Assembly: GCA_964473925.1 (NCBI GenBank)
Contig: CAYYVW010000001.1
Span: 38,974 to 102,973 of the forward strand
Reading direction: 5' to 3'
DNA: 64,000 nucleotides
Source: an uncultured Verrucomicrobiaceae bacterium
Lineage (GTDB): Bacteria > Verrucomicrobiota > Verrucomicrobiia > Methylacidiphilales > CAYYVW01
A program made the position numbers and the translations under genes. Each line of letters starts with the position of its first letter. Within the stretch, counting starts at the first letter, position 1. The notes beneath the pieces were generated by a model that searched no databases, was not told the origin of the DNA, and saw nothing but the letters and a program-made list of their open reading frames with translations. Shown piece by piece: positions 27,865-38,079 of the stretch.

Positions 27865-30800
27865 ATGCTGAATCGAATCTTGGAATTTTCCGTCCGCCAG
27901 CGCGTGCTCATCGTGCTGGCAACTTTGGTGCTGATTGCGGCCGGCCTTTGGTCGGCGATGCGGCTCCCCATCGACGCTGTGCCCGACATCACCCACGTGC
28001 AGGTGCAGCTCAATACGGCTGTTTCTGCCTATGCGCCTGAGGAAGTTGAGAAGCTGGTCACCTATCCTATTGAAATGGAGATGGCGGGCATTGAGGGCAT
28101 GGAGCAGTTGCGCTCTCTTTCTAAGTTTGGGTTGTCGCAGGTGAATCTGATTTTCAAAGACGGGACGGATATTTACCGGGCACGGCAGCTGGTGAGCGAA
28201 CGCCTGCAAAATCTTCAGGAGAAGCTGCCTGCCGGAACGATCCCAAAGCTGGCTCCGATTACAACGGGACTAGGAGAAATTTACTACTATCTCCTCGATT
28301 ACAAGAAGGAGGCCGCCGATAAGCCCGCCACACGCCGCGAGCAGTTGATGGAGCTTAAGCTGGTTCAGGATTTTGTCGTAAAGCCGCAGCTGCGAATGGT
28401 GCCCGGCGTGGCGGAGGTCAATACGTCTGGTGGCCATGAGAAACAAATCGTGGTGATGCCCGATCCCACAAAACTCATGAGCGTTGGCCTGACGTTCATG
28501 GAAATCGCACAAACGGTCAAAGAAAACGTTGAAAACGCAGGCGGCGGCGTAGTGCAAGTGGGCGGGCAACAGCTTGCAGTCCGGGCAGTTGGGCGCGTAC
28601 AAACAGTCGAAGAGATTGCCTTAATACCACTTAAACTTCGAGCAGGAGCGGATCCGTTACGTGTGCGCGATGTTGCCGAGGTTGGCATTGGGTCTAGCCT
28701 TCGCACCGGGGCTTCTACTTATAACGGACAGGAAGCGGTGATTGGCGCAGCCCTGATGCTCACGGGTGAAAATAGCCGCGTTGTCGCCAAAGCCGTCGGT
28801 GAAAAAATCCAAGCAATTGCTTCCCACCTTCCGTCGAATGTGGAAATCACTCCGGTGTATGACCGTAGTGTGCTGGTCAATCGTACGATCCACACCGTGG
28901 AGAAAAATCTGTTTGAGGGAGCGATCCTCGTTGTCGTTATTCTGTTCCTGCTTTTGGGGAATGTGCGCGCCGCGATCATTGTGGCGCTGGCCATTCCACT
29001 TTCGATGCTCTTTGCGATTACGGGCATGGTGCAAAACCGCATCTCTGGGAATTTGATGAGCCTGGGTGCAATTGATTTTGGTCTTATCATCGACGGTGCG
29101 GTGGTGATGGTGGAAAACATCATTCGTCACCTCGCACATCGACAGAAAGCGCTGGGGCGGACGCTGAACGCGCGTGAGCGCATGGAAGAGGTTCTGATTT
29201 CCGCAAAGGAAGTAGCCAGCCCGATGTTCTTTGGCGTCGCGATTATAACGATTGTCTATTTCCCGATTCTTGCTCTAACCGGCATTGAAGGAAAAATGTT
29301 CAAGCCGATGGCGTTGACGGTGATTTTTGCATTGATCGGAGCCCTGGTTCTAGCATTGACGTTGATGCCCGCCCTTTGCTCCTACTTCTTAAGTGGGCGC
29401 ATCGAAGAAAAGGAGGGCTTCTTAGTCCGACAGGCCAAGCGGTTTTATGCGCCACTGCTGGACTTTGCGTTGCGCAATCGTGCAATGGTTCTGCTTGCAG
29501 CCGCGATTATTTTTTTGACCAGCTTGTTTGTTTTTCAACGGCTTGGAGCGGAGTTTATTCCGCAATTGGATGAAGGCTCATTTGCCACTCACATGATGCG
29601 AGCCACGAGTATCGGATTGGATAAGGCCGTGGAGATGCAAGAGCGGAGTGAGGCGTTCCTCTTAGAAAATTTCCCTGAAATCAGCTATACGTTTTCTCGC
29701 ATTGGCACGGGCGAAATTGCCATTGACCCAATGGGACCGAACGTTTCCGACACTTACATTTTCTTTAAGCCAGAAAGCGAATGGAGAAAGGTGAATGGGC
29801 GCAGCGTGACGAAAGACGAATTGAGTCGGATGATGGCGCAAGGCTTGAACGGGCATGTTCCGGGTCAAGCCTATCTCTTTTCGCAGCCGATTGAAATGCG
29901 CTTTAATGAAATTCTGGAAGGCACGCGGGCTGACATTGCGGTGAAGGTGTTTGGGGAGAGCTTTGAAGAAATTGAACGCATTGCAACTGAGACGAAGGAG
30001 ATTCTAGAGAGCGTGCCTGGCGCGGGTGATGTGGAGTTTGACAATATCGGCAAGGCGCCCGTGCTGGAAATCACTCCGGACCGTGCGGCGCTGGCAAAAT
30101 TCAACGCGCATGCCGCTGAAATTAACACCGTGGTTTCTGCCGCCATTGCCGGAGAAGAGGCGGGCATGTTAGTGGAGGGGAACCGGCGCTATCCGATTGT
30201 CGTCCGGCTTCCGGATCGCTTGCGGGAGGAGATTGATTCGCTCAAGCAATTGCCGCTGCGTCCCAGTGAGCACGCGGGCTTAATTACGCTGGGCCAAGTG
30301 ACGCAAGCCCGAGTGTCGGATCAGGTGGCGGTCATTGCACGGGAAGCGGGCCAGCGCCGGGCGGCGATTATGGTGAACTTGCGGGGGAGGGATGTGGAAG
30401 GTTACGTCACTGAAGCGCAGCAAAAGATCGCTGAACACATCAAGTTGCCTCCGGGCTATAGCATTGAGTTTGGCGGACAGTTTAAGAACTTGCAGGAAGC
30501 GCGCGCGCGACTGGCCGTTGTGGTGCCGCTTGCACTTGCGCTTGTTTTTGCGCTGATCTTTATTGCATTCAGTAGCGTGCGGCAGGCGGCGCTTATTTTC
30601 GTGTGCGTTCCGCTTGCTGTTACTGGCGGCGTCTTCGCTCTGGCGGTGCGCGGCATGCCTTTTAGCATTTCGGCGGGCGTTGGATTTATTGCGCTTTCGG
30701 GGATCGCGGTCCTCAACGGCATTATGCTCATCAGCTTCATCAATCAGTTGCGGCGCGAAGGATGTGCGCTGCGTGAAGCCGTCATCGAAGGCACGCTGAC

Positions 30801-30996
30801 TCGACTCCGCCCTAAGCTGATGACCGCGCTGGTCGCGAGCCTGGGGTTTCTGCCAATGGCTTTAAGCCACGGCGCCGGCGCTGAAGTTCAGCGGCCGTTG
30901 GCAACGGTCGTGATTGGGGGGATCATCACTTCCAGCCTGCTGACGCTCGTCATTCTGCCGATTCTATATGATTGGATGGAAAGCAAGCGGTCATGA
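27865..30996 (+). CDS. czcA: CusA/CzcA family heavy-metal RND permease
   Basis: LPIDAVPDIT, MSLGAIDFGLIIDGAVVMVEN, RLRPKLMTA..ASLGFLPMA, GAEVQRPLATVVIGG. Confidence 0.95.
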   Translation: MLNRILEFSVRQRVLIVLATLVLIAAGLWSAMRLPIDAVPDITHVQVQLNTAVSAYAPEEVEKLVTYPIEMEMAGIEGMEQLRSLSKFGLSQVNLIFKDGTDIYRARQLVSERLQNLQEKLPAGTIPKLAPITTGLGEIYYYLLDYKKEAADKPATRREQLMELKLVQDFVVKPQLRMVPGVAEVNTSGGHEKQIVVMPDPTKLMSVGLTFMEIAQTVKENVENAGGGVVQVGGQQLAVRAVGRVQTVEEIALIPLKLRAGADPLRVRDVAEVGIGSSLRTGASTYNGQEAVIGAALMLTGENSRVVAKAVGEKIQAIASHLPSNVEITPVYDRSVLVNRTIHTVEKNLFEGAILVVVILFLLLGNVRAAIIVALAIPLSMLFAITGMVQNRISGNLMSLGAIDFGLIIDGAVVMVENIIRHLAHRQKALGRTLNARERMEEVLISAKEVASPMFFGVAIITIVYFPILALTGIEGKMFKPMALTVIFALIGALVLALTLMPALCSYFLSGRIEEKEGFLVRQAKRFYAPLLDFALRNRAMVLLAAAIIFLTSLFVFQRLGAEFIPQLDEGSFATHMMRATSIGLDKAVEMQERSEAFLLENFPEISYTFSRIGTGEIAIDPMGPNVSDTYIFFKPESEWRKVNGRSVTKDELSRMMAQGLNGHVPGQAYLFSQPIEMRFNEILEGTRADIAVKVFGESFEEIERIATETKEILESVPGAGDVEFDNIGKAPVLEITPDRAALAKFNAHAAEINTVVSAAIAGEEAGMLVEGNRRYPIVVRLPDRLREEIDSLKQLPLRPSEHAGLITLGQVTQARVSDQVAVIAREAGQRRAAIMVNLRGRDVEGYVTEAQQKIAEHIKLPPGYSIEFGGQFKNLQEARARLAVVVPLALALVFALIFIAFSSVRQAALIFVCVPLAVTGGVFALAVRGMPFSISAGVGFIALSGIAVLNGIMLISFINQLRREGCALREAVIEGTLTRLRPKLMTALVASLGFLPMALSHGAGAEVQRPLATVVIGGIITSSLLTLVILPILYDWMESKRS

Positions 30997-31752
30997 TCAG
31001 CGCATACCGCCCGCGATGACGAGCGTTTCACCGGTGATCCAGTCCGCATTAGAAGAGGCGAGGAAGACGGCCGCGGGGGCGATATCGTGCGGCTCGCCGA
31101 TGCGGCCCAGCGGAGTCTGTGATTGAATTTGCGTGCGGAATTCACTCTCGATGAGGCCCATGGAGCGCGCGCCCTCAGTGTCGACCATTCCTGGGTTGAT
31201 TGCATTGACGCGGATTTTGCGTGGCCCGAGTTCTTTGGCCAGCGAGCGCGTGATGGCATCGACGGCGGCTTTGGTGGCGCAGTAGACGGAGATGCCGGGT
31301 GAATTCATCGTGCTGACGACCGAGCTGATGTTGATAATGCTGCCGCCGACGGGGCTGAAGTGCTGGAGCGCTTCTTGCGAGACGAGGATGAGGCCCAGGA
31401 CGTTGAGATTGAATTGCTTGTGGAAGTGCTCTTCGGTGATTTCTTCAAGCGGAGCAAATTCATAGATGCCGGCATTGTTGACGAGGATGTCCACGGCGCC
31501 GAATGTGCGCTTGGTCTCTGTCAGAAGACGGGTGACGTCCGCTTTCTTCGATACGTCTGCCTGAACCGCGACCGCTTTGCCTCCCTTGCTGGTGATCTCG
31601 GCGACAACCGCATCGGCTCCCGCTTTACTGGAGGAGTAGTTGACGACGACGGACGCACCTGCGGCGGCCATGTGTTTGGCGATGGAGGCGCCGATGCCCT
31701 TGGATGCGCCGGTAACGAGGGTAACTTTGCCGGAGAGTAATTGAGAATTCAT
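30997..31752 (-). CDS. Short-chain dehydrogenase/reductase
   Basis: TGASKGIG, NNAG, NISS, YCATK, IRVNAINPG. Confidence 0.93.
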   Translation of the reverse strand: MNSQLLSGKVTLVTGASKGIGASIAKHMAAAGASVVVNYSSSKAGADAVVAEITSKGGKAVAVQADVSKKADVTRLLTETKRTFGAVDILVNNAGIYEFAPLEEITEEHFHKQFNLNVLGLILVSQEALQHFSPVGGSIINISSVVSTMNSPGISVYCATKAAVDAITRSLAKELGPRKIRVNAINPGMVDTEGARSMGLIESEFRTQIQSQTPLGRIGEPHDIAPAAVFLASSNADWITGETLVIAGGMR

Positions 31753-31782
31753 AAGATTATTTTTGTGAGCTGCCGGAAAGGC

Positions 31783-32673
31783 TTAAGCCTTTCGAACTAA
31801 TTCGCTGTAGGCTTTGGCCATTTGCCGCGTGATGGGGCCGACTGGATAGTTTTGATCATCAAGCCTGCCGATGGGTGCGACTTCAGCGGCGCTGCCCGTG
31901 AGGAAGAGTTCATCCGCTGTCGCGAGTTCTTCGGGCTTGATGCGCCGCTCCAGCACTTCCAGACCGTGTTCTTTCGCAAGTGCGATGACAGTTTGGCGCG
32001 TGATGCCGTTGAGGGCTGAATCAGGTATGGGAGTGTGGAGCTTGCCATCGACCACCATGAAGAAGTTGGCGCCGGAAGCTTCGGCGACATTTCCTTCCAG
32101 ATCCATAAGCAGAACATCGTCAAAGCCTTTGGCCTCTGCGAGGGAGCGGGCGACGGCCCCGGTGACATACTGGCCGGCAATCTTGGCGTTGACGGGTGCG
32201 ATGAGGGCGGAGTGCCGGCGCCAGGGCGACCATGTGATGCTGATGCCTTTATCGAGCTTTTCCGGTGCGACAAAGAGGCCTTTCCAGGGCCAGGCGGCGA
32301 TCGCAATGTGGACGGAGCAAGCACTGGGCGTGACGTTGAGCGATTCGGGCCCACGCCAGGCGACGGGGCGGACATAGGCATCGGCGACGTCGTTTTTAGC
32401 AAGGAGCTCGGCAGTGATGGCATCGAGATCTGTGACCGAGTAGGGGATCTCAAAGCCGGCCATCTGAGCGGAGTGGCGAAGACGCTCGTTATGCTGCGTC
32501 AGGCGGAAGACGCGGCCGTTGTACGCCCGCTCACCCTCGAAGACGCCGGTGCCATAATGCAGGCCATGCGTTAGGACGTGGACACGCGCTTCGCTCCAGG
32601 GAACGAATGCGCCATCCATCCAGATCCAGCCGGTGCGTTGTTCAAGTGAGATGGGGGCGGAGGGAGAAGACAT
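31783..32673 (-). CDS. ilvE: Branched-chain amino acid aminotransferase
   Basis: THGLHYGTGVFEGERAY, AYVRP, AKIAGQY (PLP Lys), EASGANFF, LNGITR, ELFLTGSAAEV. Confidence 0.92.
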   Translation of the reverse strand: MSSPSAPISLEQRTGWIWMDGAFVPWSEARVHVLTHGLHYGTGVFEGERAYNGRVFRLTQHNERLRHSAQMAGFEIPYSVTDLDAITAELLAKNDVADAYVRPVAWRGPESLNVTPSACSVHIAIAAWPWKGLFVAPEKLDKGISITWSPWRRHSALIAPVNAKIAGQYVTGAVARSLAEAKGFDDVLLMDLEGNVAEASGANFFMVVDGKLHTPIPDSALNGITRQTVIALAKEHGLEVLERRIKPEELATADELFLTGSAAEVAPIGRLDDQNYPVGPITRQMAKAYSELVRKA

Positions 32674-32735
32674 AAAGGCTTTGGATTGAATAGGCAGTCT
32701 GTTGCCAATCGCCTCTGGAGGAAATAAAAAAAGCG

Positions 32736-34901
32736 TTACCACTTCCACTCAATCCCGCCGTAAAAGCTGATGCCGTTGCCGGGGTAGAATTGTGCGCTGT
32801 CGGCTCCGAGGGCGTCGGCAATGACGCCGGTGGTGGCGGCGTATTCTTTATCACCCAGATTGCGTCCTTCTAAAAAAATGGAGAATCCTTTTTGTGAGCG
32901 ATACCCAGTGCGCATTCCGAAAATCACGTATGGGTCGGCGTAGAAGCTGTTGGCAAAATCGATTGGGTACTTGCTGATCGAGCACTCGATGTTGGGGCCG
33001 ATGTAGAAACCGCAGGGGTGTTGGTAGACGAGCTCTGCTCGGTAGTAGTGCTCTGGGAAGCCCGCGAGCTGGTTGCTACCGTAGACTGGATCGCTATCAA
33101 AATAAAAATCACTCCAGTTATAGATTTGTCGCAGAATGAGCTGATCGCTTTCGGCAGGTTGATCGGCGCGCGTAAATAGATTGTTGAATAAGCGCGCTTC
33201 CACGCCCAACTCAATACCTTGATGGTGCGTTGCCGATCCGTTGATCGTGCCCAGGGGTGCGCCGCCGGCATCGTTTAGGCTGAGGAGTTCATTCTCTATC
33301 CAGGCGTGATAGAAAGCAGCGTCCCACGAAATTCGGTCCCATGTGCCCCGTGAGCCGATCTCAAGGGTGGTGGCGCTTTGAGCTTCCAGATTTTGCATGA
33401 CAACGCTGGGCAGGCGATTGGGGAAAATCGGTGGGCCCGCGGATGGGCGGATAACCTTAAGCTCACCGAAGCTGGGCGGCTCAAAACTGCGGCTGGCGTT
33501 GGCAAAGCAGGTGATCTGAGGGGTGAACTCATATCGGATGCCGATTTTGGGGTTAAAGCCGTAGTAGTCTTGCTCGCCGGAGCCGTCGCCATCTGCCAGA
33601 AAGTTGTCTTTCGAAATGCGCTGTGCGTAGACGAATTGCGTGCCGACGATCAAAGCGAGGCGATCGGTTAGGTAGTGATCGTTTTGCACGAACGCTTCAA
33701 AGTTAAAGGCTTCTTCGATTCCTTCGGCGAATTTACGCCCGCGCGCTTCTGTTCCGTTGAGATTTTCAAAACGGACGTCTTCCCCGATGCTGCCGCTGGG
33801 CGTGATGCCCATCCGGAGCTGGTTGCGTCTGCCGAAGAGTTCCGTGTCGCGCGTGTAGTTGACTGTTCCCCCGAAGTTGTTGGTCAAAAGATCGATGGTG
33901 CCGGGACCGGTGGCGAAGGTGGGGGTAAGGATATTAAAGATCGGGTGATCGAGGTCTTTGTACGTCCAAAAGAACCCAGCTTCGATTTTTCCTTCTTCCA
34001 GCAGCAGCGTGGTTTTATTTGCCAGTCGGAACGTCTCATAATCGCGCTTATCCAGACGCAGTGCGTTGCCGGCGGAGGCTTGCCGCGGATCCTGCTGCAA
34101 TTGCAATTTGGTGAGCGTGCCGGGCAGCTCGGAATCACTTTGTGCGTAGTTGAAGAAAAATCGTGTCTCGAGGGCATCAGTCATTTTCCAACCAAGGTTT
34201 GTATTGAGCCGCTGATTGTTTTGCTGGCTGTAGTCTCGATACCCGTCGACGGCGTGATTGGTGAGGGAGAAGTAATAATCTACGGGGCCTATCGTATGCC
34301 CGGAGCTGAGCTGCTGCGTCCAACTGCCGTAGCTGCCCATTTCCAGCCGTGCTTGTGCGAGGGAGGCATCCCGGCCGGTAGGAGAGACAAAATTGACAGC
34401 TCCACCGAGGGTGGAGGATCCGTATTCAAGGGCATTAGCGCCGCGGAACACTTCGACATATTGGTAGGCAAGTGGTTCCAGCGCTTGCATGTCGAACGCG
34501 CCGTCGGCTTCGTTGAGCGGCAGGCCATCTTGTAGGAGTTTTAGGCCTCGGCCGTGAAAGGTGCGTTGCAGGCCTGAGCCGCGAATGGAGATGCGGGCTT
34601 CTTCCGAGCCGAAGCGGTTTTGAACAAACACGCCGGGCGTGTAGTCAAAAATTTCCTTCAAGGTTGCGGCGCTTCCTTTTTTATAATCGTCGGCGAGAAT
34701 AAAGTTGGTCCCGCCGGCGATTTTGCTCAGTTGTTCAGCTGCGGTGCCGGAGCTTGATTGGGTGATGGATTCGCGCTTGTCGTTAACGACGACTTCTTCG
34801 AGAGGAATGGGTTGAGATTGAGAAAATGCGGAAGCGCTCGCGGCTACCCAGAAGAGGGCAAGCATGGCAGTTCGTATTATAGTTTTGCTAAAAAAATTCA
34901 T
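32736..34901 (-). CDS. TonB-dependent receptor (YncD-like type)
   Basis: TonB box LEEVVV, plug PGVFVQNRFGSEEARISIRGSG, VEVFRGANALEYGSSTLGGAVN, terminal EWKW. Confidence 0.92.
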   Translation of the reverse strand: MNFFSKTIIRTAMLALFWVAASASAFSQSQPIPLEEVVVNDKRESITQSSSGTAAEQLSKIAGGTNFILADDYKKGSAATLKEIFDYTPGVFVQNRFGSEEARISIRGSGLQRTFHGRGLKLLQDGLPLNEADGAFDMQALEPLAYQYVEVFRGANALEYGSSTLGGAVNFVSPTGRDASLAQARLEMGSYGSWTQQLSSGHTIGPVDYYFSLTNHAVDGYRDYSQQNNQRLNTNLGWKMTDALETRFFFNYAQSDSELPGTLTKLQLQQDPRQASAGNALRLDKRDYETFRLANKTTLLLEEGKIEAGFFWTYKDLDHPIFNILTPTFATGPGTIDLLTNNFGGTVNYTRDTELFGRRNQLRMGITPSGSIGEDVRFENLNGTEARGRKFAEGIEEAFNFEAFVQNDHYLTDRLALIVGTQFVYAQRISKDNFLADGDGSGEQDYYGFNPKIGIRYEFTPQITCFANASRSFEPPSFGELKVIRPSAGPPIFPNRLPSVVMQNLEAQSATTLEIGSRGTWDRISWDAAFYHAWIENELLSLNDAGGAPLGTINGSATHHQGIELGVEARLFNNLFTRADQPAESDQLILRQIYNWSDFYFDSDPVYGSNQLAGFPEHYYRAELVYQHPCGFYIGPNIECSISKYPIDFANSFYADPYVIFGMRTGYRSQKGFSIFLEGRNLGDKEYAATTGVIADALGADSAQFYPGNGISFYGGIEWKW

Positions 34902-35011
34902 AAATTGTTCCCGTTGCACGCGGGTAAGCGTGTGTTGCGACGTTTGTGGAAACGTCAGAGGTGGTGATCCCCGCTAAAAGAGCGAGGGGCTTGCGCTTAA
35001 AAAAGAAGCGC

Positions 35012-35413
35012 CTATGCGGCAATAGGAGGGGGCGTTACGGGCGGAAACGCATCGAAAGAATAGAAAGTCGAAACGGCGTACGGCCAATCCAACACTTGGA
35101 AGGAGGGGGGCGGTAGCGTGAATTTTTTTGCAGTAAAGAATGGCTCGGATTTTTTCTCGAGCTTGAGGAGAGGAAGCTGCTTTTCTTCCTGCTGCTTGGC
35201 GGTTTGAATTTTTTTACACATGCCGCAAGGGTGCTGACCGTCGAAGGTTTTGCCCAAACCATCTTCTACGCCGTATTGTTTGGAGTATTCGATGGCCATG
35301 CGGGTCCAGGCGAAAGCTTGGAGCGTCACCCAGTGCACGCCTGAGAGATGAAGCATCGCGATTGTGCAGAACAGATACCCGACCCAACGCATGGCTAAGC
35401 CGGACGATCTCAT
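35012..35413 (-). CDS. Small membrane-anchored CxxC protein with Pro-rich C-terminus (leader-like)
   Basis: HWVTLQAFAW..M...KTFDGQHPCGMC...FPPVTPPPIAA; start 35413 or 35392. Confidence 0.75.
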   Translation of the reverse strand: MRSSGLAMRWVGYLFCTIAMLHLSGVHWVTLQAFAWTRMAIEYSKQYGVEDGLGKTFDGQHPCGMCKKIQTAKQQEEKQLPLLKLEKKSEPFFTAKKFTLPPPSFQVLDWPYAVSTFYSFDAFPPVTPPPIAA

Positions 35414-35578
35414 GTTCTTGTTTTCTTTGCAATAGTCCAGGGGAGGGATTCTGTCATCCGAATAGTTCGAAAGACCACAAGCGAGCGACAGCAAGCTATC
35501 GCAAAAGAAACGCAAGCTGTGGGTAGCCGGTTTGAGGCCAGTTCCGTAGATTGCGCCACCTTCATCCAAATCTCATTC

Positions 35579-38038
35579 ATGAAATTGCTCTCGTTGTACG
35601 CAAAACTCTGCATCTTTTCCCTGATGGTGACGCTGCTGGGCTCAGCCGTGTGGGCGCAAGAAGCCCCAGGAACCGCTCAACCAAAAGAGAAGGCCGGCGC
35701 ACAATCAGCGGCCAAAACGGAAGCGACGGCCGCGGCGCAATCCACCAAAGCAAAAGATCCGCGTGAAGCGGCTGCGGGCGAAGCGCTCAAGAAGCCGATT
35801 TTAAATGAAGGCGTCGCGCCAAGCCGCCTGGGCGAGGTTGTCGTCAGTGCCACACGCACCGAGCAACAGAAGCGGGATGTAGCGGGCAGTGTTTCTTCTT
35901 ATGATAAAAATGATCAGCAGATGGTCCTGGCTTCGGATTACCGCGACTTGGTGAGCGAAGAGCTTGATGTAAGCACGGTTGGGAATGTCGGCGGGCAGGG
36001 CCCGGCGGGGCACTCCGGCAACGGTCTGCAAAGCTATAATATCCGCGGTATCGATGGAAACCGGGTGCTGATGCAAACCGATGGCATCCGGCAGCCGGAT
36101 CAGTACACGTTTGGCGGCACGTATAGCATCGGCCGAAATTATCAAGATCTCGAATCGCTTAAGCGGGTGGAGATTCTGAAGGGATCGGCCTCAAGCTTGT
36201 ACGGCAGTGACGCGATTGGCGGCGTGGTGACGTATTTGACAAAAGACCCGGCTGACTTCCTCGATGGGAAGCCCCAGCCGTGGTACGCGGGCTTCAAAAC
36301 TTCTTTTGACAGTGCCAACTTGGAATTTGCCGAAACGCTGACGGGGGCTGTTCGTTCGGGCCCGGTCGATCTATTGGCAGTATACACGTATCGTCATGGT
36401 GAAGAGGCGGACAACAAAGGAAACATCCGCTCCAATCCCTTGAGCTTTGAGGGACAAAACGTCCTGGCTAAGGCGGTGTGGCAGGCCAATGAGTTCAACC
36501 GCTTTACGCTGACGGCAGAATATTTTCACCGCGATCTAGATGCCTTTCTTGCAAACCGGGTGGGAATCTTTTTAGTCGATCCGATGTTTGGACCGCAACT
36601 CAACCAGAGTTCGGTCACGCAAGATACGACGATTGACCGAGCGCGCGTGAGTATTGGTCATAGATTTGAGCGGCCAGATGCAACGCCGCTTTTTGATTCC
36701 TTCAGCTGGCAGGGCTACTACCAGCCCAGCGAGCAAACCGAAGGAATTGAAGAGCATTATACGCGTCAGTCGACTTTCCCTTTTCCCGGTGCGGTAGTTC
36801 CGTACCGCCGTGTCTTTGACCGGAGTTTTTCCAACGATATCGCGGGCGGAACATTCCAGTTTGAAAAGAGATTTGAAGCTGCGGACTGGACGCATCGGTT
36901 GATTTACGGCGCGGATATTTCCGCCGCGCACTTGGAGCGAAATGTCGACGGCTTTATCCAGAATTTAATCACTAATGTGGTTTCCAAGAGCTTCGGCACA
37001 GCCCCCAACCCGGGCGGTCCGTACCTGATGCCGTACAAAGAGATTCCCGATTCGGACGTTTTCCGTCTCGGATTGTACGTGCAAGATCAAATTGATTACG
37101 GAGCGCAGCAGGCGTTCTCAATAGTTCCGGGATTGCGGTTGGATTACTACGACCTCTCTGTGGATAATGACCTTCTTTACACCAAGGTTGTAGGCACGAG
37201 CGGGACGGGCTTCCGTGAATGGTCGCTTTCGCCCAAGCTGGCGATGATCGGTCGTCCGGCGGACAATTGGACGGTGTACGGCCAATTTGCACAGGGCTTT
37301 CGCTCGCCGACGACTGAAGAGCTCAATGCGGTCTTCAACAATCCAAGCTCTTTTTATCAAGTGATAGGCAACCCAAATTTGAAATCTGAAACGAGCTATA
37401 ACTTTGAAGTGGGCGTGCGCACTGAGCTGCCATGGGTTCAGATGAGCTTGGCGGGATATTACAACTACTACCAAAACTTCATCAATCAGCAGACGTTCGT
37501 TGGGTTCGGTCCAGGCGGCATTCAAGTCTTTCAGTCGACCAACATCGATCAGGCGGAGATCTTCGGAGCGACGCTCACAACCGAGTGGCCGCTGGGGATT
37601 TATCGGGAAGATTTGGAGGGGCTTTCCTTCCTGTTTGGATTCGCGGTGGCGCAGGGGAACGATCTACAAAACGGCCAGCCTTTGGATTCGGTCGACCCGT
37701 GGAAGCTGCGGACGGGCTTGCGGTATCGCCGGGACAACTGGGGCGTCGATCTCATCCACACGTACGTGGGCGCCAAAAGCCGCGTCTCGAACAACGTGGT
37801 CAATCAATTCCACACGCCGGAATTTAATACGGTCGACGTGGTGGGACACTATAAGATCAACGAGCACGCGACGATCTCGCTGGGCATTTATAATCTGACG
37901 GATGAGAAATATTGGATGTGGCAGGATGTCCGCGGGATCAATAATGTGGGCAACGCGCCGACCGGACTGGGTAATCAGATTGACTTGTTTACGCAGCCGG
38001 GGATTAATTTCCGGACATCGGTGACCATTTCTTTTTAA
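35579..38038 (+). CDS. TonB-dependent heme/hemoglobin receptor (HmuR/ChuA-like)
   Basis: EVVVSATR, NIRGIDGNRV, GFRSPT (FRAP-like) and GNPNLKSE (NPNL) motifs; terminal F; heads the hemS-hmuTUV operon. Confidence 0.92.
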   Translation: MKLLSLYAKLCIFSLMVTLLGSAVWAQEAPGTAQPKEKAGAQSAAKTEATAAAQSTKAKDPREAAAGEALKKPILNEGVAPSRLGEVVVSATRTEQQKRDVAGSVSSYDKNDQQMVLASDYRDLVSEELDVSTVGNVGGQGPAGHSGNGLQSYNIRGIDGNRVLMQTDGIRQPDQYTFGGTYSIGRNYQDLESLKRVEILKGSASSLYGSDAIGGVVTYLTKDPADFLDGKPQPWYAGFKTSFDSANLEFAETLTGAVRSGPVDLLAVYTYRHGEEADNKGNIRSNPLSFEGQNVLAKAVWQANEFNRFTLTAEYFHRDLDAFLANRVGIFLVDPMFGPQLNQSSVTQDTTIDRARVSIGHRFERPDATPLFDSFSWQGYYQPSEQTEGIEEHYTRQSTFPFPGAVVPYRRVFDRSFSNDIAGGTFQFEKRFEAADWTHRLIYGADISAAHLERNVDGFIQNLITNVVSKSFGTAPNPGGPYLMPYKEIPDSDVFRLGLYVQDQIDYGAQQAFSIVPGLRLDYYDLSVDNDLLYTKVVGTSGTGFREWSLSPKLAMIGRPADNWTVYGQFAQGFRSPTTEELNAVFNNPSSFYQVIGNPNLKSETSYNFEVGVRTELPWVQMSLAGYYNYYQNFINQQTFVGFGPGGIQVFQSTNIDQAEIFGATLTTEWPLGIYREDLEGLSFLFGFAVAQGNDLQNGQPLDSVDPWKLRTGLRYRRDNWGVDLIHTYVGAKSRVSNNVVNQFHTPEFNTVDVVGHYKINEHATISLGIYNLTDEKYWMWQDVRGINNVGNAPTGLGNQIDLFTQPGINFRTSVTISF

Positions 38039-38079
38039 TTTCTCCTCTCATTTACCCTTACCTCCACCCAGGACATGTT

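Noticed and set aside
35555-35580. Fur box upstream of the heme receptor
   Set aside because: Only a weak partial match (AATCTCATT); no 19-bp palindrome.
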